Source of the DNA: Camelus dromedarius
Taxonomy: Eukaryota
Assembly (NCBI RefSeq): GCF_036321535.1
Contig: NC_087459.1
Location: 10,726,001 to 10,790,000, forward strand
Direction: 5' to 3'
DNA: 64,000 bases
The notes under the pieces are model-generated. The model did not search any database. It saw only the letters and a list, made by a program, of their open reading frames with translations, and was not told the origin of the DNA. Numbering within the stretch: position 1 is the first letter of the stretch; every line of letters starts with the position of its first letter. A program made the translations under genes and the position numbers. Positions 45,101 through 55,560 of the stretch are shown here, one piece after another.

Positions 45101-48100
45101 AAGTGGGTCAGGTCAAGGACATAGAAATTAGCTATCACACTAACTTAGAGTTTCTTCTTTTAGACAAAGATGGAGAATATTCACTAATAATAGTAAAAGA
45201 GCTAACTTCTGTGCATAAGAAAATAGTGCTACAGACCCAGCAACATTCACCTGTGGTTCAACTGGTGTGCTAATGTTTGTGACGATGGGTCTGTACAAAC
45301 ACAACCTCTGGAACCATCAGTCTGCAAATGTGACTGCACACCAGGACTAGGCATGCTACCCCTAGGTAAACAGCACCAGAGAGAACGAAGCAACGAACAG
45401 GGACTCAGATGCTGGTCTCACTGCACAGAGCTCCAGTGATATGAGGTAAGCAAGTTCTTCTAGTGACCAACTCATCTTAAAGTCTGAAATTTGACACAAT
45501 AGACCCAATGGGTCCAGTCTACAGGGAGGAAAAATGGAATTAAATTCTCACCCCAGGTTATTTAGCAAGTGCATTTACAGTATTTCTAAGGAAAAACCAC
45601 AAGAGCAATCAGATAAAATGCCAGACATGCCCTGAAAATAAGTCAAACTTTCAGATTAACTGGCAGCTCCGAGGTGACGCAGTATCAGTGATGAAGCTGA
45701 AAGACCCACAGCCCTTAGGAGAGGCCTCTTCCGTCTCTGAGCTTCAGGTCCGAAGCTGAGGCCTGCACAAGACCCCAGAACAAAACAGACAGGGTGGTTT
45801 TTATGGAGCCCCTTGAGATGGGACGAGAGACTAAGAACCCTGATCCCTGCCTCCCTCTTCCTCACCCCCTCACACTGACCTGATTCAGAGTCAGTGGAAA
45901 GGTGAGGACATCTGTGGATGAAGCACCAATAAACCCATGCCTATCTTTTCACTGAAGGATTTTAAGTGGATTACTAACTTCTGCCCAGAGAACAATAGTC
46001 AAAACTCATTCACCCCAAAGACTGGCATTTCAGATGTGAAAATGAAATTTTCTTCTCTTACGACCACCTTTGAAGAGTGAAAACAGTTTGCTAAAAGAAC
46101 TGATGGTATAAACAGGACTTCAAGAATATAAATGCAAGAAATGTTAATCTACTTAAGAAATCAACCTATTGTTGGAGAAACATCCTATCACATCAGAAAA
46201 ACAATAAATAAACAGCAAGCCCACCAGAGCCCTAGGAGAATGACCTCTTGAAAGCAAGACAAACTGAAATCCACTTTGACCATCTCAATAATTTCTTCTC
46301 CTAAGATTATATTGCAAAACCCTCTATCCTTACAAATGGTATGCTTTTCAGCTGGAGCTTCAATAATGTCCCGTTCCCCATCCACTCAGGCCCATCAGCT
46401 AGGCCTGGCATGCGACTGGTGCTCAATAAGTAATCACTGAGTAAACGACACCTTCCAGGCACCTTCGGGCGCGGCGGGGCGGGGATGAGGGCTGGATTGC
46501 CCAACTCTGGGTTAAACATTGTATGGTTGTAGTGGTTTTTTGTGGTTATTGCTGTTGTTTGTATGTCTTTTTAAAGTGACTGTTCTGTTTCTTTCCTTGA
46601 TATAAGCTGTAACTTGTGACTTCCCTCTTAACGTGCTCCCAATGCCTAGATAGAGCTGTACTTTTTCCAACCAACTTGCCGTAGGCTGCGAAGACAGAAA
46701 AATCAGGCTTAGTCAAGTTATGTCTAATGAACACGGCTTTGCTTCTATACACAAGGAAGTAAATTACACACTGTAGAAGTGAATGACTGAAAATAAGCTA
46801 ACTGGCAATCAGTGAGCTCACTCTAAAAAATGAAATGGAAGGTCCCTTAATATATGTGGCTAAGTGGGAAACAGCAAGATACAGAGCAGTGTGTATAGTA
46901 CACTAGCACCTGTGTAAAGACGAGGGAGAGGAACACCTGACTTCCTGGTTATGCACAGAGCATCTCTGGAAGGACACGCCACAAGAAGCCAGTATAACTG
47001 GATGCCTGTGGGCCAGGAATGGGTCGCTGAGGGATGAGGATGAAGGGAGCTGTTTCAACGGTTTACAGCTTGATTGAGGGGGAACCATAAACATTAATTA
47101 GTTTTTAAAACAACAAATCAATAATCAAGGCCTCTGCTGTTGCACATGGGCTACTCTGACTGCCCAGAAGTTGTCCCCCATGACTTCCTTGTGTAGGTTT
47201 GCTAAGGTGGATGGCTACTGCCTGGCTGCTGGTGTAACTGCACCTGTAACTCGGCCAAGAGCAGCAAACCTACCCGGGTATTCTGACACATCTCCTACCA
47301 GTGCTTCTCATTTGCGAATATAAAACTCCCACTAAGCCACCCTCAGATTATGCACTCAGAATGAATTTAGAGACTTCACGTTTTCAAACACTTCCATAAC
47401 TCTGACTTGCTTTCCCCTGAAATTAAAGTCAGACCATGTAGATGTCATAGACGTGAACAGTCTCAAACACCCTTATATATGTGACTTAGACTTCGCACAG
47501 ACACAATGACCTGGACAGGAGGGAGAACACAAGCGAAGCCCACAGGTGAGAACGAGGACTGGGTCAGGAGACGTGCGTCTCCACCTGGATTTGGTGAGTA
47601 GTACTAGTAAGTAATTTGTTTGTCTCCTCCACCCTTAAACCAATGAAAGAAGCTGGGGATTACTGAGGTGTTACAGGTCCAAGTCTAAGCTGTTCAGAAA
47701 TCAAGACACAACAAAAATGCAAATCAAAAACCAAAACCACCAAAAAAGTCACAAAACAAATAACTAAGCATTTCTCAGTTAACTTTATGCAATCATTAGA
47801 ATACGGAAATCAACAAAGACTTGCAAATAAGACAGACTTAGAAACTTTTTGTTTCCAAAACTTGGAAACATTCCCAAATGCTGGATAAGCTCTCAAGCCG
47901 TACTGCCAGCGCCAGCGTGGCCGGTCACTGCTTTTCATGCCAGTTTCTATGATTCCTGTGCACGACACCTGCTCGTGGAGCCCACAGCCACAGTTACAAA
48001 GGGCGTCTCCTGCCGCTGGCGCTGGGCTGCAGCGCTAACTAGGACAGCTGCTGTCCCGCCCTGGCAGAGGGGCACCGCTGGCTCAGTCCAAGTGCTGGAG

Positions 48101-51100
48101 CAGTGGCCCTCACTCTCCGCTTCAACTCTCCAACCATTACACAGTATTGGATGCAGGGAAAGTGGGTCAACCAAGTGCCAGGTGAAAAGAAAAAGGGACA
48201 CTCAGATGGTTCCAATCTACTATGCTAATTATGAGACACAGATTTTTCTAGAAGTTACTTTGGTACTCAGACACCTCACGACCAGCCTGTGCAACTCTGT
48301 ACTTGGCTTGATGTAACAAGTACCCCCAGCTGGGACCCTGAACATCTTATCACTTAAATTCTTAAGTTTCCTGCCTCCCAGTTTCTACATCTGTTGAAAA
48401 GAACCAGAACGACCACCCTGTTTCCTGAAAGAGCTGTTGTGAGGATCCGGTGTGAAGACTGCTACAGTAACTCTACAGCAGTTACGTGGGATTTACCCAC
48501 TGTTTACTCACGGTTTTCTTTGAACTGGTGTTTCTGGTGGTTTTTGAGCACCTGCAAACTAAATGAACTCCTTCCATTCGCCATCCACAGCCACAGATGA
48601 AACTGGTAAACCCTGAGCTCAATGTCTACTCTTATGGGCAGCCACCTGTCCAAGGTGGGCCCTCATGTGCCTGGGACTTAATCCTTGGTTGTGGTCGCAT
48701 GGTGGATTTGGCAAAGTTACACAGAAGTTATTTTCACCTCTGTATTTCCACGAAATAGAAAATGACTGTGGGCAACTTCATGTAGCCACCCAGGCTCAGA
48801 GAGCTAAACCTAGCCATCTTACTAAGACCTTCCCCTCGGGGGGCCTGGCTGGGAAGGTCTAGTCCTCTTCTTCTTGTGAGGAAGAGCCAAGTCGGGAATG
48901 AACTACGTTGCCACCCTGGTGACATCACCCTGGTCCTCTCTTCCTAACAGTGGAAGTTCAACATAATTTGCTACATGTTTTGGAAGAGGAGGAGAGAGAA
49001 AAATCAGGTTTCTAGAAGACTGAAATCACTGTTTATCTTAAGGAGCTAGCTTTTTTACTCTTTAATAAAGGTCCTTGCTTAAAAAAACAATCACACCTAC
49101 TTTTATTTTTCCATAAGTAGCATGTTGGTTTTGAAACTGAACATCCCTGATTGAATCCTATGTTCCTCAGGAACAGAGGAACAGCCTCACTGGGTCAGAA
49201 CATGTCCACTGAGGTCAAGGCCCAGTGACCAGTGAAGCCTCTACCACAGGACATGCCAGGAGCACATGCCTCTCTCCCTGCCATCAAGCCTCTTCTGTAG
49301 CCACTTACGGCTTTGCCCTTCACAAAGTAGTTTTCATCCCTAAAAAGTCTACTTGCATTTCCTGCCTAAACCACCTCTTAACTGTGCCTCATAGAGTGCT
49401 CCTTGTATATGTCCTAAACACAGTCCCACAACATTTATTCTGCTCACAGTGCCCCTTGTCAAAACATCTGAGGACTTATGAACAAGTCAGTGTTTATCTC
49501 CTGAAGGCCACTTATTATTTCATCACTTCTGACCGTCTTTGCTTTTTCACACTGAAGAGCCCTACTCTTCCACCTGACTCAGTCCCCCCTTTTCTGATCC
49601 TGACTGCTTCCATCAGATCTCGCTGGAAGCATAGGCTAGACAGCACATAGTACCCCTGATGAGGCGTGGCGTTTTTACAGAAAGGTGGAACAATGTAAAA
49701 ATAAGAAAACAAAAAATATTAATAAAAACCAAACCAAACCAAACAAACAAACAAAAAAAGGGTCGAACGATGTTTGGTTTTGTGTTCAAAGCCTTTATGG
49801 TCAAAAGAGCAGAACTAGCTGACATCCTTAAGAATTTTCAACTCTCAGATGCCTTTCTTTTCAAACAGTCCCACCATGGGAACCCCACCCCACCATGGGC
49901 AAGGTCGGTCTGTCTCTGTCTGTCTGTCTGTCTGTCTCTCACTCACATTTTCCTCTCTTAAAGCCACCTGCTTCTTATCATATTTTTTCCTTTTGTAACA
50001 GATCTATGCCCTGACCTGATGTTGGTTGAACACCTGCTCTATGCCAATCAACACCATGAATAAGTGATGCTACTTCCTCATAACTATGACGTGGGGAGTG
50101 TTATCCCCAAATGCGGCTAAGAACACAGAGGCTTAGAAAGGTGAAATACCCAAATTACACAGCAGGTGAAATTGGTTATCTGAATGCACATTAGTCCGGT
50201 CACAAATCCAAAGCTCTTTCCCCAATTTAACTGGCTCCTACTGAATAATCTAGAGTTTACCTTCAGATAATATAAAGATTCTAAATAAAATATGCCTTAT
50301 AGAACAGATAAACAACAGTTTCTATTGTATTGTACAGGGAACTATACTGAATATCTTGTAGTAACCTACAACGAAAAAGAATATGAAAACGGATATATGT
50401 ATGGATATATGCATACATGACTGAAACATGATGCTGTACACCAGAAACTGACACATTGTAAACTGACTATACTTCAATTTAAAAAAAAAATTATACCTGC
50501 CTTAACACTGATAACTAAGAATCCTTCTCCCTTTAGAGAAGTGCTGTAGATCTTTGTTGCCTTTCACTAAGGCAACTGCTTAGCCACAAAAAGATAACAC
50601 GTTGTTAGTCCCCTGGCAACTTATGGCTTTTTATGTGGAACTCTATCAAAGAGATTTAAAGGCTGAAGACATTATATCTAGCAGTTACTGTGGATCCACT
50701 TGCTTATGGCTCTCCCCAAAGAACTTTAGTTAGACATCACACCATCACCACCAGGTTACTTTTGCTTCCAGGAAGTGTATCCTTTTCACTGGCTTCACGG
50801 GTTTGCCTGGTTGAGTGCTGAGATTCACTCAGCTCCAATTTTCTGTGTCCTATCTAGTACTTCTCATATACAGGGAACATAGTTTACTCTTCTAACCTTC
50901 CAGCATCTTAAAAAATTATCATAAAAATGCAAAAGCTTTCAGGCCTCCTGCAATCTAATCAATTCCCTACTTTCTATGAGTTCCCATTGGTGTTTCAGAC
51001 TTGTGTACTTCTTCATTTAGGTAACCTAGCTGGGCCAGCCACGTTGGCTCTGTTCTCCCCAAGCACAAGCTCTTTACCTCAGGCACGGAGGCTCTCTCCT

Positions 51101-54100
51101 TCCACACATCCAACTAAACTCCCAGTGCTTTCCAGTCTCCCCACTGGCCATCCACCTTCTGTCTTTCCTCCAGAGTTTGATCCAAACCCTGTCTCTCCCA
51201 CCGGCCTCTCTACCCTGGATGTTCTCCACCGATGTCTCCTTGTTCTAGGTCCCTTTAGTAACTAAACGCACCGCTTATTCTGCACCTAATCCCACTTGAA
51301 ATGTTCATACTTGTCACCAGAGTTCCTGGAAGACAGGGACCATATTTGCTCTCCTGGAAGTTCCCTCTGCTGTCCAGCAAAGTGGAGTGTGGCTGCACAA
51401 TCAAGAACTTGTTCTGTGCATCCAACCTGTCTTGCGAAATCCATGGCACTATCAGAACATTCCCTCTTCCAGACTGTCTCTGGCTCTCACAGCTCTGGGC
51501 CAGTGACTCCCTTGAAATACAGCCATCAAAAGGCTGCTGAGCTGGTATGTAACAGAGAACTGGGGCTAGGTACATCAGTATATGTGTATGGTGAAGGCAG
51601 ACATGCCATGTCACCTCTAAGCCAGGATGAGCACTCTGACAGGTAAACCTGCCAGTGAAGAATACTGTTTGTAAGAGATATTCCTATGGAATATTTTACA
51701 TCACTTTCTAGAAACATGTATTTCAACTATTGGTATTAGGTTTATCAGAAAAGTCACAGACACTTTTCAAAGCCAAAGCTACATTTTCTCCTAAGAATCA
51801 TAAACAGAAACACAACTACTTTAAGAAAGCAAACCATCTATCTAGACCCAGGTAATCAACTTGCTGGAGTGATGAGAAAGCTAAACACACCACTGGAAAC
51901 TCAAGTAAATTCACACTCCTTCCCTCACTGTGACTTCGTACATGGCCTATCAAAGAATATCAAATTAATAGTCCTGATTTCAATCCAGGATGGATCTGGT
52001 TAAAAAGCTTTACTGTTACAATGTTAGGTCAAGTCATCTAGCTTTACAAGAGTAAGATTACACAATGACTTTTATTAAGATGAATGAAATTTTAGCTTTC
52101 TCTCTATAATTCATGCCTAAGCCATAACGATAAAGAACCATTAGAAGAACCAAATCTGACCCTTTTAAAAAGAACTGCCTGTAGAGTTGGGTAGAGATAT
52201 GAGAAACTACCTCGATGAGATTATCATATTTAGAAGGCGGTGAGCCCTAGTTCCCACCTGACTAGCACTGTTATTGGCCCCAGGACAGCTGCACAGGACA
52301 ATCTGTGGGAGATAAGAATAGCTCCTTTTATTTAGGTATGAAGCCAGAATGACATGCCATTCTTACAGACTACAATAAGAGTGAACCAGGATCCCTAGAA
52401 TATTCACAAAGCAGTTGCACCCAGGGCAACACCCAAACAAAGGGACAGTGAAACTCGTGGTGAGCACTACTCACTGATCTTCTGTTCCAAAAAACTTTAC
52501 AAAGAAGCATTTCTTTCCACGCGGCTTCTTTAAGTCCTTGGGTGGGTTAACAATCTAGGGAATAAAAGGGAAAGAAAGGTTTTTTCCCATAGCTGTAAGT
52601 TGGTAAGAAAAAGAGAGAAATAAAACAAAAGGAGAGTATCTTAAATAACAAAAGAAAACCAAACCCAGGGCCTAGTTTATGTCCAAATCTGGTACTTTTC
52701 CACTGAGATAATGCAATACATGTATGCTAATATTCTAGAAGAGTCCTACATCTATCATCCACGACAGTGTTTAGTGGGAACAATATTCCTTTTACAAGAA
52801 TGACCATATTTTAAAAAGTTAAAACTAAAACCAACTTCATTATCCCCTGCAACATGGCCCTGTCATCACTAAAGAAATGTAGAGGACACTCTTAAAAATA
52901 TTCCTGGGCAGGAAGAGTCGAAACAGGTAACAGTGACAAAGAATAACAACTGAGGCACTGAAAATGCCATAATGCAAAGAGACAGCCTAAAGGCATTTCC
53001 TGGGCTCCTAGCAAGAATATAAAAACAGAACATTTGGAAAGCTATGAGGGATTGCCTCATGCAAAATGTGGAATGCCAACTTCTGCAAAGATGTACTGGA
53101 GCAGCACATATGGTAAAATGGAAAGAAGATTTAAACTTAGTTGGGACAAAAATACTTTGACTTTTCACTAACCTACATTTAGATTTCTTTCTTCCTGGAA
53201 AATATATTTTCTTCTCTTCCATTAGATTTAGATGCAAAGCTAAATTCACGTTAGAATGGATTTTAAGGGTCAAAAGACTACCACAAGCCATTTCTGATTC
53301 GAGAAATAATTTACTGCAGATTAAATGACCTGGTTTATATTGCATTTTCTAAATAAACTGATACGAGAGAAAAAACATTCTGAGTGTTATCTGAAAAGGC
53401 CCAGTTTAACTCAATGCTAAAAATTGAGAGGATTGCATCTTAACACGCTCTGCCTCCTCAAACCCAACTTCAGATGTCTTCCCTTAGTGCAAGACACTCA
53501 CCTTTCCCGGCCAAGGAGGATACCGGCCGAGTTTCCCCCTAGAGAAAACACAAACAGTCAGCATTTGCCCTGGAAAAGCCAGTCCATCTCCTTCAACCCA
53601 CTCAACATGCAATTTATTTTCCTAAATCTCCACTTGCACCCTCAAGTGCCAGAACAAAAGCTGGCAACCAGCAGTTCTTAATGTGGCTTCCACAGCTGGA
53701 CCCAAGAGGCTGAAACCCTTCAGAAATAAAAAGCAAAATTGTAGACTTATGTGCGTAAGGTATGTGCATTCTTCTGGTGACAAGGAATACAGAAAAAGAA
53801 AAAACCATCAAGAGTCGTTTGTCCAGAGCGTCCTCGTGACAAGACGGGGGTGGGGGGCAGTCTGCTCTGTAAACACAGACTTCCCCTTACAAAGTCTGGT
53901 TTAATTCACCAGCCCGGCTTTGACAAATGCTAATGGAAGCCTTTCCTCTGGGTCGAGAAATGAGCTACGCAGCTCCAGGGAGGCGACGACAGTCAGTCTT
54001 CGTTCGGGCGGTTGTCTGGGACACAGAAACAGACCACGAGAGGCACCAAGGAGGCACCGGTCACTGCTCAGCCTTCAGTAGTAAAGGAGAAGTCCCCCCT

Positions 54101-54630
54101 CCATTTCTTCACAGGGCAGCGCCAACAGTCCGGTTTCGACAGCCCCAAACAAGCCGCCCGCACAGGTCGCTTCCACTGCAACGCGGGTTTCGATGGGCTT
54201 GCCCGGACGAGATGGTCCCGCGGGCTCCCAGGCTCTCATGCTTTCCCGGGAGCCCCAGTGAGACCCCGAGGCGAGGACCGGGTGTCCGCGGGAGCCGCGC
54301 GGCGCGGGGCACTGCTCTCACAGTGGCCGCTGGCGTCCGAGTCCGGAGCGCAGCCCTCCCCGGGCGGCCTCGGGACTCAGAGCCGGGCCCGCCGCGGCCA
54401 CCCTCGGCCTCAGTCCCCCGGGGCCAGGCTGCCCCTTCCGCCCGGCGTCGTTTCCAGCGCCGGCACCTCGTCTCACCCTCTATCTGCGACCTGGAGCGCA
54501 TAGAAAGGCAGCCCCGGGGCGGGCCGCGAACCCTACGCCCAGGGAGGCAGCTCTTCGGCGCACCTCGTTCGGCCCCGGCCGCCCGGACTCACCACACCAA
54601 ATCGCCGAGCCGCAGACTCACAGTCGCCAT
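26478..54630 (-). CDS. GLYR1: GLYR1/NPAC (PWWP domain, AT-hook, LSD2-binding linker, beta-hydroxyacid dehydrogenase-like domain), 16 coding exons, 553 aa
   Basis: Exons (minus): 54593-54630, 53502-53538, 52475-52554, 44009-44147, 43215-43457, 39633-39719, 38712-38768, 38001-38051, 37839-37912, 35268-35367, 31786-31896, 31022-31123, 30157-30319, 29661-29840, 29219-29343, 26478-26552. Total 1662 nt, all GT-AG. Motifs: [14 protein letters not shown] (PWWP), RKRGRPPK (AT-hook), [23 protein letters not shown] (Rossmann fold), end ...[10 protein letters not shown]. Confidence 0.98.
27045..27197 (-). mobile_element. vic-1-like SINE copy 7 with intact A and B boxes
   Basis: Minus strand GAGGGTATAGCTCAGTGGTAGAGCACATGCTTAGCATGCATGAGGTCCTGGGTTCGATCCCCAGTACTTCCA, then the tail. 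TSD CTGCAATT at 27037-27044 and 27198-27205. Confidence 0.88.
27540..29150 (+). mobile_element. Degenerate old L1 (ORF1/ORF2 endonuclease region) with a MER20 insertion at ~27749-27945
   Basis: CTGTCTACAACAAACACACTTTAAA...GAAGACATAAC...TTGGAGATTTTAACAGCCCTCTCTCA. MER20 ends CAGTGGTTCTCAACCTGGGG...CCCAGGTTGAGAAATTCTG. Confidence 0.65.
33005..33612 (+). mobile_element. L1 3' end (L1MA9-like) containing a (CA)n
   Basis: ATGTTCATAGCAGCATT...TGCAACAACATGGATGGAC...TGTACACCTGAAACTAATGT...TCAATAAAAAAAAA. Confidence 0.8.
33163..33192. repeat. (CA)15 microsatellite
   Basis: Perfect CA run inside L1. An interrupted (CA)n lies at 34942-34972 and a (TCTG)n at ~49912-49937. Confidence 0.9.
34650..34855. 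mobile_element. MER3-like hAT MITE
   Basis: CTGTCCAATATGGTAGCCACTAGCCAC...GAGCCACACGTGGCTAGTGG...CACAGTGCTG. Related fragments at ~10520-10860 and ~40510-40660. Confidence 0.65.
36759..36918 (-). mobile_element. vic-1-like SINE copy 8
   Basis: tRNA-Ala head ~36844-36918, (AAAT)n, CCTAATTATCTCC motif, A-rich tail. Confidence 0.85.
37408..37581. mobile_element. MER5A-like MITE
   Basis: Terminal inverted repeats CAGTGGTTCTTAAAGTGTGGTC...GCCTGAGAACCACTG. Confidence 0.7.
50303..50490 (+). mobile_element. Short L1 3' end with poly(A)
   Basis: ACAGGGAACTATACTGAATATCTTGTAGTAACC...TGTAAACTGACTATACTTCAATTTAAAAAAAAAA. Same subfamily as 15660-16120. Confidence 0.8.
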
Positions 54631-55560
54631 CTTACCACCCAACCACCGCCGACGCACGGGCCGCCGGGAACATCAGGTCGCCGCGGCGCCGCCCATTGGA
54701 GTGCGCCCGGCCACGTGACGGGGGCCGGCCGAAACCAGCCACGCCGTCGCCCTGACGTCACTGCGCCCGCCCGGGCTCATTGGCTGACCGAGCGGCACGT
54801 GACCTGGGCGCCGCGGTCTCCGCGCGCCGGGGACCTGAGACTCCCGGCTCCTTCCCCCTCCCTCCGGCTCGCGACAACGAAGCGCCGCGGTCTGAGGCGG
54901 CGGTGATGGTGCGGCGGGCCGAGTGAGCGAAGGAGTCGGTCCTGCGGCCCGCCCCGCCCCCGGACCCTGGTCTCCAGCCCCCTCCCTCTCGGCGCTTCGG
55001 TTACGGCGGTTAGTGCCGCGCGGGCCCCGGGGCTGACGGCGTCGCCGCGCCGGCAGCTGCCCTGACGGACCTCGGCGCGGCCTGGAAGCCAGCCTCCGCC
55101 CGCGCCCGGGGCCCCGCGTTCGGCGGGCTGTGCGTGGCCGCGCCCGGGGGGCGAACAGGTCCTTCGGAGCGCGCTTTCTAACGGTCGGCGTCCGGGGAGC
55201 GGCTCTGAGCCTGCGTCCGCCCCGCAAGTTCTCCCGGGGTGAAGTGCTGCTCGCTCCGAGGTCCCGAGTTGCCCGGCGGACGTGGAGCCGGCGTCTCTCC
55301 ACTTCCTCCTGGGTCAGCGCGGCGGCACGGCCGGCGAGGCTTCCCCGGGCGCGCGGGGACCCGGCCATGGGCCGCGGGGTGGGTCGGCCGCCCGCCGGGA
55401 GGCATGGCTCGGGGGCCGGCTGCTAGCAGCGCCGCAGCCCGGGCTCCCGGGCCGGCATGAGGACGGCCACGGGGGAACGAGTGCGGCCCGCGGGACCATA
55501 GCCTGCGTCGCGCCGGGGACAAAGGTTCGTGTCTTAGTCGGGACCGGGCTCTTCGCGTAA
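53960..55560. promoter_or_regulatory. GLYR1/UBN1 bidirectional CpG-island promoter
   Basis: Head-to-head genes. ATTGG at 54695-54699 and 54779-54783, CACGTG at 54712-54717 and 54796-54801, TGACGTCA at 54753-54760, and a YY1-type CGCCATCTT at 54625-54633 overlapping the GLYR1 start codon. Confidence 0.88.
54830..55524 (+). other. UBN1: Probable non-coding first exon(s) of UBN1; donor not resolved
   Basis: Candidate donors CGA|GTGAGC (54923), AAG|GTTCGT (55525) and CGC|GTAAGC (55557) within the CpG island. TSS inferred only. Confidence 0.45.
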
